Below are positions 24,734 through 35,430 of a stretch of 64,000 nt of DNA, piece by piece. The notes below the pieces were generated by a model. That model did no database searches, had not been told where the DNA came from, and saw only the letters and a program-made list of their open reading frames with translations. Position numbers and translations under genes: made by a program. This DNA comes from Macrostomum lignano (lineage: Eukaryota): positions 124,001 through 188,000 of the forward strand of contig NIVC01000679.1 in assembly GCA_002269645.1 (NCBI GenBank). Direction: 5' to 3'. How positions within the stretch are numbered: the stretch's first letter is position 1; each line of letters starts with the position of its first letter.

Positions 24734-25745
24734 TTATTTTCTACTACTTGTAGTAGACCTTCGATATCTGGCAGCGTCACTTCTGGACGGTGGGCTACGG
24801 CTACGGCTACGATTTCTTCGACGATTTGGATTAGGAACTTGTCGATCCTTGCTGCCCGGATGTCCGTCGCGGCTACGGCTACGGCTTCGGCTACGGCTAT
24901 GACTATAATTCTTTCTACGATTCGTGCTAGCGACTTGTCGATCCTTGCTACCCGGATGTCCATCGCGGCTACGGCTACGGCTATGACTATAATTCTTTCT
25001 ACGATTCGTGCTAGCGACTTGTCGATCCTTGCTACCCGGATGTCCGTCGCGGCTACCCGGATGTCCGTCGCGGCTACCCGGATGTCCGTCGCGGCTACCC
25101 GATGTCCGTCGCGGCTACCCGGATGTCCGTCGCGGCTACCCGAATGTCCGTCGCGGCTACCCGGATGTCCGTTACGGCTACGGCTACGATCAGACGGTTG
25201 GTAATCCGGATAATTTGGATCGATTTTTTCGCGCTTCACTCGCACAGGAGCGGCTGAGCCTCCAGGAGCGGCGGGCGGCGAGCGCCGACGGCGAGGCGGA
25301 CTCAAATCGCCGTCATGTCCAACTCAGGCGCGCAGCCGCGCTCCTTAAGCCGCTGCTTCACCGGATCATCGTCCGGTTTAATCAGCTCCTTCACCTTGTA
25401 GCTTTCCACGTGATTAACCCGCAGAGTGCGACCCACAACTCGGGCTCCGTTGAGGTTGTCGCATGCCAGCACGGTTGATCGCTGATCTTCGTAGCACAGG
25501 AAAGCGAAGCCTTTGCTCTTGCCAGTGGACTGGTCCCGCACCAGGTTGACGTTGACCACTTCGCCGTATTGGGAGAACACGCAGATTACGTCGCCTTCGG
25601 TGAGTTCATAGTCCAAGCCGCCAATGTAGATCCAAGCGGAGTCTTTGAACATCGAGTGCCAGGAGCTTTGGGTGTTCGCCGTGCCCAGTTGGAGCTCCTT
25701 CTCAGTCATCAGGCGCTGATTGCGGACTTGGGTTAATGGGTTCAT
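24734..25745 (-). CDS. RBMX2: RBMX2/Snu17/Ist3 (RES complex RRM protein with RS-rich tail), intronless, with two apparent 1-nt deletions (~25316, ~25100)
   Basis: MNPLTQV...SWHSMFKDSAWIYIGGLDYELTEGDVICVFSQYGE...KSKGFAFLCYEDQRSTVLACDNLNG is diagnostic. Restoring 2 nt gives a 338-codon ORF with an SRSRSR / GHPGSRD tail ending at TAA 24734-24736. Confidence 0.9.
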
Positions 25746-27108
25746 GATGCCTGGTCTGAGCGCTGCAGTGAGATGGCGAGATATGCTCACATTTATTTGG
25801 CTTTTATCACTGTAGAAATATTAATTAAGTAAGGAGAATAGCGGCCACTGAAGGGTCTGAGGGGAGGGGCAGCAGTAGCTCGTAGTAATAGAAAATTACG
25901 TCCATACCCCATTTTTCAATTGCAAAACACGTAATAAGGTACCCGTCAGAAATTTTATTACGCACATACCTTATTTTTGTATTAAAAATCAAATAATAAG
26001 GTACCGAACCAAATGGTTGGGTATTCTACAGGAATTCCAACTAAACTGCAGTGCAGCCACAAAGAACGAGAAAGAAAAGACCCCGACACCGATCAACCAA
26101 GTTGCTGAAAAACGACATAGCTATTTCTGCATTACAAGAATAGAGGAAACACGCACCCACAAAGAACAAAAGAAAAGAGCTTAATAAATTGCAGAAGTCA
26201 AATTGTGCCACAATCCCCCTGCAAGCAAAACCCAGCTCAGAATAGGCTACAGGCAGTAAATAAGCCGCCTGCTGCGCCTTATACTTTCTCCCCATACTGC
26301 CTTTCCTACCAGGAGTCATTCAAGACCCCAATTTTTTAATTTTCAAGAAAAGACCATTGAGAATTACGAACGATACAAACTCCTATTTTTTATTTTTAAA
26401 CGTATTTGAAATTTACCAGCCAAATATATACATACTTCAAAGATGGGACAAAAAGTTGCTAGTTTAAGACAGTAGTAGGCCCCAAATATCTTAAGTTATT
26501 CGGCTCGGGTATACATTCATATTTTGCATTTCTAACATTCGTAAGCCACTAAACTGTCTTGATTGAATGCTTCAATATCATTTTTTCGTTGTCCAACCTG
26601 TTCATTTCTGCAGTTCTTCGCCACCGTTCCTGTTCGTTGTACTATCACTTGCTCAAAAAACTAAGTATACTTGAATTTAACGGACTAAAGTATAACACGC
26701 CAAAAGACATAATCAGTTTTCAATTCTCAGTCACTGATCGACAAACCAATCACATCCGAAAAAACCGGGTAATTGTAAGTGTTGCTGTGACGAGATCCTT
26801 CTGAGCTCGGTACTGACGGCCATGCACAATAATAAATTGAACCTTCGTAGTGAGAAACAGTCTTGGGGTCGAATCGACTTGACTTGTATTATTCTATATA
26901 TTTGAACAGATCGGATACAGTTTTAGTATCATGACGTTAAATTCTTTATGGTAAACTAAGGCAAACGAACGCAAAATTGCGATATGACAGTCTTTTAAAT
27001 AACTTTAAAATTCCCTAATGAATAGTGGATTATTACAATACTAAGTAGACATTAATATTACCAAATTATATACGAACAACTACATATCAGTATCGTTCCA
27101 TTGCGCAG

Positions 27109-27426
27109 TCAGGCGTCCGCAGTCAAGTCCCAATAGTCCATAGTCGTCAGTTTTCCAGACTTCATCTCCCGGAAGAAAAAGCGGTACCACCCAGTACCTA
27201 GGGCTTGCACTGCCAAGGCATATTCGCCCTCGCAAACCGTGACATTCTCGGGGTACATATAACCCGGAGGCGGCCGCGCAAAGACCTCGTTCTTGAACGC
27301 TGCAAAGAGAGAAGACGCAGCCCATTAGTACCCGATCAGCTTCTTAATAAACAAAAAGCCCAATAATTGCTTACCGTCTCTCACATATCGCTCAGCTAGC
27401 TCTTTCTTTCGGGCGGATTTGTCCAT
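27109..27426 (-). CDS. Intact two-exon 80-aa ORF of unknown function inside the Maverick; exons 27426-27375, 27299-27109
   Basis: MDKSARKKELAERYVRD-A-FKNEVFARPPPGYMYPENVTVCEGEYALAVQALGTGWYRFFFREMKSGKLTTMDYWDLTADA*. The 75-nt intron has G|gtaag, a ctaat branch point and ttctctctttgcag, and the phases match. Confidence 0.6.
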
Positions 27427-27759
27427 ATTCGTAGTGAATGCAATGCTAGTGTAAAGACAAGACTAGAAAATTCTCGGCGAATACTGCAAAATGGGCCAAG
27501 TAGCGGTCCTGTTCGAGAGGTTAGTGTTGAGGAAGCACCAAAAATCGGCATCTGAAGGCATTCAAAAGGAGATACGACGCTCTTGTAAAAACTCTTTTCG
27601 AAGAGGGTAGTTCTGCGGAGGCTCTTCCATCGTCTTTAACGCCGGAAGAGGTGGAAAAGTTGTTCGAGTATGTTGTCCGAGACAGACCGCTAAAAAGACA
27701 TGGTAGGTGGCTTTGAATCTTTTCTCGCTTTTTTGCGTAGACGTAACGTGCATGGTGCT

Positions 27760-27914
27760 CAGCTCTATAAGGAAGGAAATGTAAAGTTGGAGTTGCGCTT
27801 CGCTCAAGCAACAAGCGCGTTGTCTACAATGTAATATTCAATGGTCTATTTGACAAGCAGCTGCAGATCACGGAGCTTCGCGACGTCGTGCCGGGCACAG
27901 CATGGAGGAAGTGA
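27760..27914 (+). pseudogene. C-terminal fragment of Polinton-type major capsid protein (frameshifted)
   Basis: LYKEGNVKLELRFAQAT / YNVIFNGLFDKQLQITELRDVV resembles the Polinton MCP C-terminal pattern (GxxxLExxFA...NVIxxxxFxxxxEIxxxRxV); it overlaps the protease ATG. Confidence 0.6.
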
Positions 27915-28451
27915 ATCTGAACATGTTGCAGAGTGCCAGTGACAGATTCTTGCGGTCAATTATTACAATTCTATGTATGAGATTGTTTGGTTTTGTCTTT
28001 TTGGGTGTGTATCCTCAGGACTCGATTAGAACTCTTGGACAATTACCTTTAGATGGTAAAGACTATTTCTTTGTGGCGAATACAGACACTTCGAATCTTC
28101 CTGGTAGGCATTAGGTTGCAGTTTGGGTGAGTAGCAGGCGGGTTAGGGGGGGGCCGTGGACGAAGGGTCGGGGAATATTTTGATTCGCTTGGTTTAAATC
28201 CGCCGGAAAATATTAGACGGTGGTTGGGGCGAGAATGTGGGGATTTTCAAAATTGGTCCTACAGCCGATTTGCTATTCAGGATCCTCGGACTGGACATTG
28301 TGGTATTTGGGTGTTGTTTTGTTTGTATTTCAAACTGACTCGTGGTGGTAGCCTTCGCTTCTTTTTAACGCGTATTCTTGGTTGTGAGCCTCGTCGAAAA
28401 AATGAATTTCGGCGCGTGTATTTTTGCCTACGACGCTTTACAGCACATTAG
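27902..28451 (+). pseudogene. Adenain-like (Maverick) cysteine protease, disrupted
   Basis: FLGVYPQD...FVANTDTSNLPGRH*VAVW...EYFDSLGLNPP...IQDPRTGHCGIW gives the His/Asp/Gln-Cys catalytic motifs. TAG replaces Trp at 28112-28114, and there is a frameshift near the G-run at ~28130. Confidence 0.85.
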
Positions 28452-28732
28452 TTGCCTCTGTTCTTGTAATGCAGAAATATACGGAAAGTGCGTTTTGGAC
28501 AAGTTGGTTGGTTGATCGAAATTTAGATCTTTTCTTCTTTTGAATTATTTGTGGGTGCGGTGCAGTGTAGTTAGGATTCCTGTTGTATACCCTACCATTT
28601 GGTTCGGTATCTTACTACTTGATTTTTAATAGGAAAATAAAGGTATGTGCGGAATAAAATTTCTGACGGGTTACCTTATTACGTGTTTTGCAATTGAAAA
28701 AATGGGTATGGACGTAATTTTATATTACTACT

Positions 28733-30180
28733 GGCAGCAGGCACAGAAGGATCTGTGGGGAGTGACACCAGACACTGAAGGATCTGAGGGGAGGGGCAGC
28801 AGCATGAAGGCACTGAAAGATCTGAGGGGAGGGGCAGCAGCCACTGAAGGATCTGAGGGGAGGGGCAGCAGGCACTGAAGAATCTGAGGGGAGGGGCAGC
28901 AGCCACTGAAGGATCTGAGGGGAGGGGCAGCAGGCACTGAAGAATCTGAGGGGAGGGGCAGCAGGCACAGAAGGATCTGTGGGGAGTGACACCAGGCACT
29001 GAAGGATCTGAGGGGAGGGGCAGCAGCATGAAGGCACTGAAAGATCTGAGGGGAGGGGCAGCAGCCACTGAAGGATCTGAGGGGAGGGGCAGCAGCCACT
29101 GAAGGATCTGAGGGGAGGGGCAGCAGGCACTGAAGAATCTGAGGGGAGGGGCAGCAGGCACAGAAGGATCTGTGGGGAGTGACACCAGGCACTGAAGGAT
29201 CTGAGGGGAGGGGCAGCAGGCACTGAAGGATCTGAGGGGAGGGGCAGCAGCCACTGAAGGATCTGAGGGGAGGGGCAGCAGGCACAGAAGGATCTGTGGG
29301 GAGTGACACCAGGCACTGAAGGATCTGAGGGGAGGGGCAGCAGGCACTGAAGAATCTGAGGGGAGGGGCAGCAGGCACAGAAGGATCTGTGGGGAGTGAC
29401 ACCAGGCACTGAAGGATCTGAGGGGAGGGGCAGCAGGCACTGAAGGATCTGAGGGGAGGGGCAGCAGCCACTGAAGGATCTGAGGGGAGGGGCAGCAGCC
29501 ACTGAAGGATCTGAGGGGAGGGGCAGCAGGCACTGAAGAATCTGAGGGGAGGGGCAGCATGCACTGAAGGATCTGAGGGGAGGGGCAGCAGCCACTGAAG
29601 GATCTGAGGGGAGGGGCAGCATGCACTGAAGGATCTGAGGGGAGGGGCAGCAGCCACTGAAAGATTTGAGGGGAGGGGCAGCAGCCACTGAAGGATCTGA
29701 GGGGAGGGGCAGCAGGCACTGAAGGATCTGAGGGGAGGGGCAGCAGCATGAAGGCACTGAAAGATCTGAGGGGAGGGGCAGCAGGCACTGAAGGATCTGA
29801 GGGGAGGGGCAGCAGGCACTGAAGGATCTGAGGGGAGGGGCAGCAGCCACTGAAGGATCTGAGGGGAGGGGCAGCATGCACTGAAGGATCTGAGGGGAGG
29901 GGCAGCAGGCACTGAAGGATCTGAGGGGAGGGGCAGCAGGCACTGAAGGATCTGAGGGGAGTGGCAGCATGCACTGAAAGATCTGAGGGGAGGGGCAGCA
30001 GCCACTGAAGGATCTGAGGGGAGGGGCAGCAGGCACTGAAAGATTTGAGAGGAGGGGCAGCAGCCACTGAAGGATCTGAGGGGAGGGGCAGCAGGCACTG
30101 AATGATCTGAGGGGAGGGGCAGCAGGCACTGAATGATCTGAGGGGAGGGGCAGCAGGCACTGAATGATCTGAGGGGTTAG
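28733..30180. repeat. 31-bp G-rich minisatellite (one orphan unit also at 25843-25873)
   Basis: Tandem gaaggatctgaggggaggggcagcagccact with variant units. Confidence 0.95.
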
Positions 30181-30438
30181 GAAAGACCTCCCCTAGCTTA
30201 AGCAATGCTAAACGAAAAAAGTGAAATAAAATAAGTAACAAGACTGACTCATCACAGTCAATAACAGGCCGCAAAGGAACAAATGCATAGTTCAGACTAA
30301 ATTAGCAACGGTTATACTTCAAAAATACAAGCAAATCATTATTAAGTTGTTAAAGTTACAATTTTACAACTTGTTTTGGCACAGGAACAAATCCCACCAA
30401 AATTTAAACTTTGCCTACTTTTAGTAGTACGGCATTCC

Positions 30439-32472
30439 CTATATTCGAACAACAGCTCCGCTTTTCTTTTTCTTCTTTGGTTTTGCCGGCAACAGCAGGT
30501 CGATAAGGCGGTCCTGCTGCTCCGTCAAGTCGGTCATGCCGTCATCTACTTGAGCTTCCTCGGCGGCTGGTCGCTTCCTACCCGACGATCTCTTAGAATC
30601 CGAATCTGCCAGCTGCACGCTGCTCACGCCCGGCAGCTTAGCAATCTGAGCAATAGCCAGGGCGCCGTGAGCAGTCTTACGTCTGACTAGCGCGTGCTCA
30701 ACTGCTGACTCACAATTGGCTGACAGGCAGGCTCTGGTCTTGTCTGGCGGCACGCCTAGCGACGCGGCCAGGGCGCAGACACCGAACGGGTCGCGCAGAT
30801 CCCACTGGTTGAGAGCGCCCGAGCTGAGCACCAGCCCGTCTGGGGACAGCCTGGCCGAGGTCAGCAGCTCGAACAGCAAGGTGGCCGCCAGGATGCGGCT
30901 CTGCTGCGAGTGCAGCATGGGCTGCAGGGACACCTGCGGGGGATGGGCGGGTGGCACAGGCTCTGATTGGTGGCCTTGGCTGTCTGTCTGTCTGTCTGTC
31001 TGTCTTAGTGTCTGTCTGTCTGTCTGTCTGTCTGTCTTGTGTCTGTCTGTCTGTCTGTCTGTATGTCTGTCTGTCTGTCTGCCTGCCTGTCTGTATGTCT
31101 CTGTCTGTCTGCCACCTGTCCATGTCTTCATGTCTGTCTTAGTGTTTGTTTGTATACCTGTCTGTCTATTTGTCTGTCTGTCTGAGTTAGTGTCTGTGTC
31201 TCTAGATACCTAAATATCTATCTGTCAGTAGCTTAAGTCGGTCTGTCAGCCTGCCTATAGCAACTCCACACTCTCAAGTGTCCGGATGATCCGGCGTCGC
31301 AACTAACCTCAATCTTAATACCTCGCCTAACTGCTGTTCGAATGTCGCGAAAATCTGACCAGAATGTCTCCAACTTAGGCGAGCCCAGATCGCAAGCGAT
31401 GAGATCCACAGGCAGAGTCTCTGCGCAGGCGTGCAGAGCCGATTGGCTCTTAGGCAGCACGGCTAAGAGATCGTAGGCCTCCAGTTCTTTGGCGTGCTGA
31501 CGGAAATAGGACTTCAGCTCGGTTTCTTGAACTTCCGGCCCGAAGGCTAGGGTGAGACGGCATACGCGACTTCCCGTGCGGGACCACACAGAGCCTGGAG
31601 TCGGAGTGGTTGATGGAGAAAATATGCTTTGAAGTTTAAATATCTGTCACTGCGCATTCTTGCAAATTTGAGTCACTGAACTTCACACCTCAGAAACTTT
31701 GAGTCACTGAACTTCACACCTCAGGAAATTTGAGTCACTAAACTTTACACCTCAGGAACTTTGAGTCCCTGAACTCCACACCTGAGGAACTTTGAGTCCC
31801 TGAACTCCACACCTGAGGAACTTTGAGTCCCTGAACTTCACACCTGAGGAAATTTGAGTCCCTGAACTCCACACCTGAGGAACTTTGAGTCCCTGAACTC
31901 CACACCTGAGGAACTTTGAGTCACTGAACTTCACATCTCAGGAACTTTGAGTCACCTAACTTCACACCTCAGGAAGTTTGAGTCACCTAACTTCACACCT
32001 CAGGAAGTTTGAGTCACCTAACTTCACACCTCAGGAAGTTTGAGTCACCTAACTTTACACCTCAGGAAGTTTGAGTCACCTAACTTTACACCTCAGGAAG
32101 TTTGAGTCACCTAACTTCACACCTCAGGAAGTTTGAGTCACCTAACTTCACACCTCAGGAACTTTGAGTCACTGAACTTAACTTCAATTTTATCTTCATT
32201 ATAAAAAATATCCGTACCCTTTAAAACAAAGTTCAACAGCACTAAAGCTTCACCACTAGGACCTTCGATATGCTCTCTGATATACTCATTCGCCATAGCC
32301 TACCGGAACCAGAAGATCCAGCCGCTGTTGGCAGAGGTGAGGGCGGCGGCGGTGGAACTTTGATGTTGGTGTGCACCGAAGCGAATGCCAGGTGCGAATA
32401 GCCGAGATTTTGGCTACGGGCCACCATGGCCTCCTGCCTGTCCAGCAGGTTCAGGTCGTAATAACGATTTGA
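30439..32472 (-). CDS. RPP30: RNase P/MRP protein subunit p30; exons 32472-32304, 31594-31308, 30933-30439; start Met not found in these exons
   Basis: YYDLNL...LGYSHLA, RLTL, YDLLAVLPKSQSALHACAETLPVDLI, AVRRGIKIE, LSSGA...LRDPFGVCAL...SANCESAVEHALVRRKTAHG match RPP30; exon phases 1 and 0 are consistent. Confidence 0.88.
30975..31200. repeat. (CTGT)n microsatellite in RPP30 intron
   Basis: Direct observation. Confidence 0.95.
31670..32180. repeat. 31-bp minisatellite in RPP30 intron
   Basis: Tandem agtcacctaacttcacacctcaggaagtttg and variants. Confidence 0.95.
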
Positions 32473-32529
32473 CTGCGGCAGAAATAAGTGACAAGTAGTA
32501 TATAGAGTTTTTATGTGACAATGCCGATG

Positions 32530-33030
32530 ACGATGTACATTGGAATGGGTGGTGCAGACAGGGGCAGGAGTGTGTACATTGGGGTGGGTGGTGCAGACAG
32601 GGGCAGGGAGTGTGTACATTGGGGTGGGTGGTGCAGACAGGGGCAGGGAGTGTGTACACAAGGGGTAGGGAGTGTGTACATTAGGGTGGGTGGCGCAGAC
32701 AGGGGAAGGGAGTGTGTATATTGGGGTGGGTGGTGCAGACAGGGGTAGGGAGTGTGTACATTGGGGTGGGTGGTGCAGACAGGAGTAGGGAGTGTGTACA
32801 TTGGGGTGGGTGGTGCAGACAGGAGTAGGGAGTGTGTACATTGGGGTGGGTGGTGCAGACAGAGGTAGGGAGTGTGTATATTGGGGTGGGTGGTGCAGAC
32901 AGGAGTAGGGAGTGTGTACATTGGGGTGGGTGGTGCAGACAGAGGTAGGGAGTGTGTATATTGGGGTGGGTGGTGCAGACAGGAGTAGGGAGTGTGTACA
33001 TTGGGGGTGGGTGGTGCAGACAGAGATAGG
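32530..33030. repeat. 40-bp minisatellite
   Basis: Tandem ttggggtgggtggtgcagacaggagtagggagtgtgtaca. Confidence 0.95.
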
Positions 33031-33939
33031 AAGAGTACAGTTAATTAAAAAAGAAAACGAACACGCTAATAATTTTTACTTGTAGTCTGAGAATTAAAAG
33101 TTACAAACAAATTTTACAAAAGCCCGATGCATGCTATTACCGTGCATGTACTGAATGTATTTGGTAATTAGGCTTGTAATTATTACTATCTGTTTTAATG
33201 CTTGCAATTATTAAATAATGGACAGACAGACGGGAGATTACTGCGACTGCTTAGAAGTTGCACCGTTTTTAGCTTTTTTCTATCAAAAGTGCTACTACTG
33301 CGACCAGTGTAGATATAATATTGGTTGTGACAAAACTAAAGAGACAAATTATAATTTTCTCACAGAAAAGTTGACAAAAATAAAACCCAACCAACACCAT
33401 GTTTGAACAGATAATAGAAAGTAATGAAGTCAATTTTAATCATCTTAAATTTCGTGGCCAAACACTGGAGAAAGATCACAAAAAATATAACTACGAGAGC
33501 ACGACATAAAAGTACATCCATATTTGGCCAAAAATTTTTATGCTTTCCTATTTCAGAATTACATCTCCAAGAATCCCCGTCCCCAGTCTCAGAATCCCAA
33601 TCTCAGAAACTTTATTTGAACATTACAATAAATTGAATACTGCAAAATTAAAATAAGACATTATTAGCTTGTAAATATAGGCAAAGGACACAGAAGTGCT
33701 ATTTCGAGTAAACAGTTTATTTATAACTTAAATAATAAAGGGAACACAACTATAAGGACAGGCAAGGTTTACAGCGAAAAAAATAATGTCGCAATATTTA
33801 AATAATAATATGGGGTCACGCATCCAGCGACTTTAAAATAATAAAACCGAAAACTTGAAAACGGTCGGTTGCCTTGGAAAAATATTAAGTAATTTTTTAC
33901 AAAACATTGCGGACTAATTTACAACACAATGCACAGCAA

Positions 33940-35160
33940 CGGCTGTTCACCCTAGATACCAAGTGGTTGCATAGCAACGGATGTTTACCCAATTACCCTG
34001 GATACCAAGTGGTTGCATAGCAACGGATGTTTACGAAATTACCCTGGATACCAAGTGGTTGCAAAGCAACGGATGTTTACCCTGGATACCAAGTAGTTGC
34101 ATGGCAACGGATGTTTATCCTGGATACCAAGTAGTTGCATAGCAACAGATGTTTACCCTGGATACCAAGTGGTTGCATACCAACGGGTGTTTACCCTGGA
34201 TACCAAGTAGTTGCATGGCAACGGATGTTTACCATGGATACCAAGTGGTTGCATACCAACGGGTGTTTACCCTGGATACCAAGTAGTTGCATGGCAACGG
34301 ATGTTTACCATGGATACCAAGTAGTTGCATGGCAACGGGTGTTTACCCTGGATACCAAGTAGTTGCATGGCAACGGATGTTTACCCTGGATACCAAGTGG
34401 TTGCATAGCAACGGATGTTTACCCTGGATACCAAGTGGTTGCATACCAACGGATGTTTACTCTGGATACCAAGTGGTTGCATACCAACGGGTGTTTACCC
34501 TGGATACCAAGTAGTTGCATGGCAACGGATGTTTACCCTAGATATCAAGTGGTTGCATAGCAACGGATGTTTACCCTAGATATCAAGTGGTTGCATAGCA
34601 ACGGATGTTTACCCTGGATACCAAGTGGTTGCATAGCAACGGAAGTTTACCCTGGATACCAAGTGGTTGCATACCAACGGATGTTTACTCTGGATACCAA
34701 GTGGTTGCATAGCAACGGATGTTTACCATGGATACCAAGTAGTTGCATGGCAACGGATGTTTACCCTAGATATCAAGTGGTTGCATGGCAACGGATGTTT
34801 ACCCTGGATACCAAGTGGTTGCATAGCAACGGATGTTTACCCTGGATACCAAGTGGTTGCATACCAACGGATGTTTACTCTGGATACCAAGTGGTTGCAT
34901 AGCAACGGATGTTTACCATGGATACCAAGTAGTTGCATGGCAACGGATGTTTACCCTAGATATCAAGTGGTTGCATAGCAACGGATGTTTACCCTGGATA
35001 CTAAGTAGTTGCATAGCAACAGATGTTTACCCTGGATACCAAGTGGTTTCATAGCAACGGATGTTTACCCTGGATACCAAGTAGTTGCATAGCAACAGAT
35101 GTTTACCCTGGATACCAAGTGGTTTCATAGCAACGGATGTTTACTCTGGATACAAAGCTG
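33940..35160. repeat. 38-bp minisatellite with X-box-like palindromes in each unit
   Basis: Tandem ttaccctggataccaagtggttgcatagcaacggatgt, about 32 units. Confidence 0.95.
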
Positions 35161-35430
35161 TTCCATAGCAACAGAATTTTTTCTTAGATACCGGACACTT
35201 ACGGTTGCTACTAACAGTAGTACAGCATAGTTGAGCGATGCTTTATGCCGCTCAATAGTTGACTTAAAATGATTTGTGGCATGGGTTATAAAAGCAACAA
35301 CAACAAAATAATAATATACTGTTTAATTTTAATTTTACAGGACGCAAAATATGAAGATTACTCTGAATAAGAAATTTCGAAAAGAGTTTTTATAATGGGA
35401 AATAAACCAAAAAAACAAACAAAGAATTGT

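Larger units (their letters stand above)
25874..28732. mobile_element. Internally deleted Maverick/Polinton (adintovirus-like) element, 2859 bp
   Basis: Termini AGTAG...CTACT; 6-bp TSD ggcagc at 25868-25873 and 28733-28738; ~290-bp imperfect TIRs; adenain-like protease and capsid C-terminus inside. Confidence 0.9.

Noticed and set aside
24709-25305. 'VAATDIR' repeat C-terminus in the ORF track
   Set aside because: Wrong frame after a 1-nt deletion; the alternative frame gives the expected RS-rich RBMX2 tail.
26041-26319. 92-aa hydrophobic ORF at the Maverick left end
   Set aside because: Overlaps the TIR, the frame is not preserved in the right TIR, and it has no recognisable motif.
28733-30180. 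Regular repeat arrays here and at 33940, 36430, 46945 and 57405 as possible CRISPR arrays
   Set aside because: Units are directly adjacent with no unique spacers, there are no cas genes, and the context is eukaryotic; these are minisatellites.
28679-30274. 450-530-aa Pro/Cys-rich ORFs in three frames
   Set aside because: Artefacts of a stop-poor 31-bp tandem repeat.
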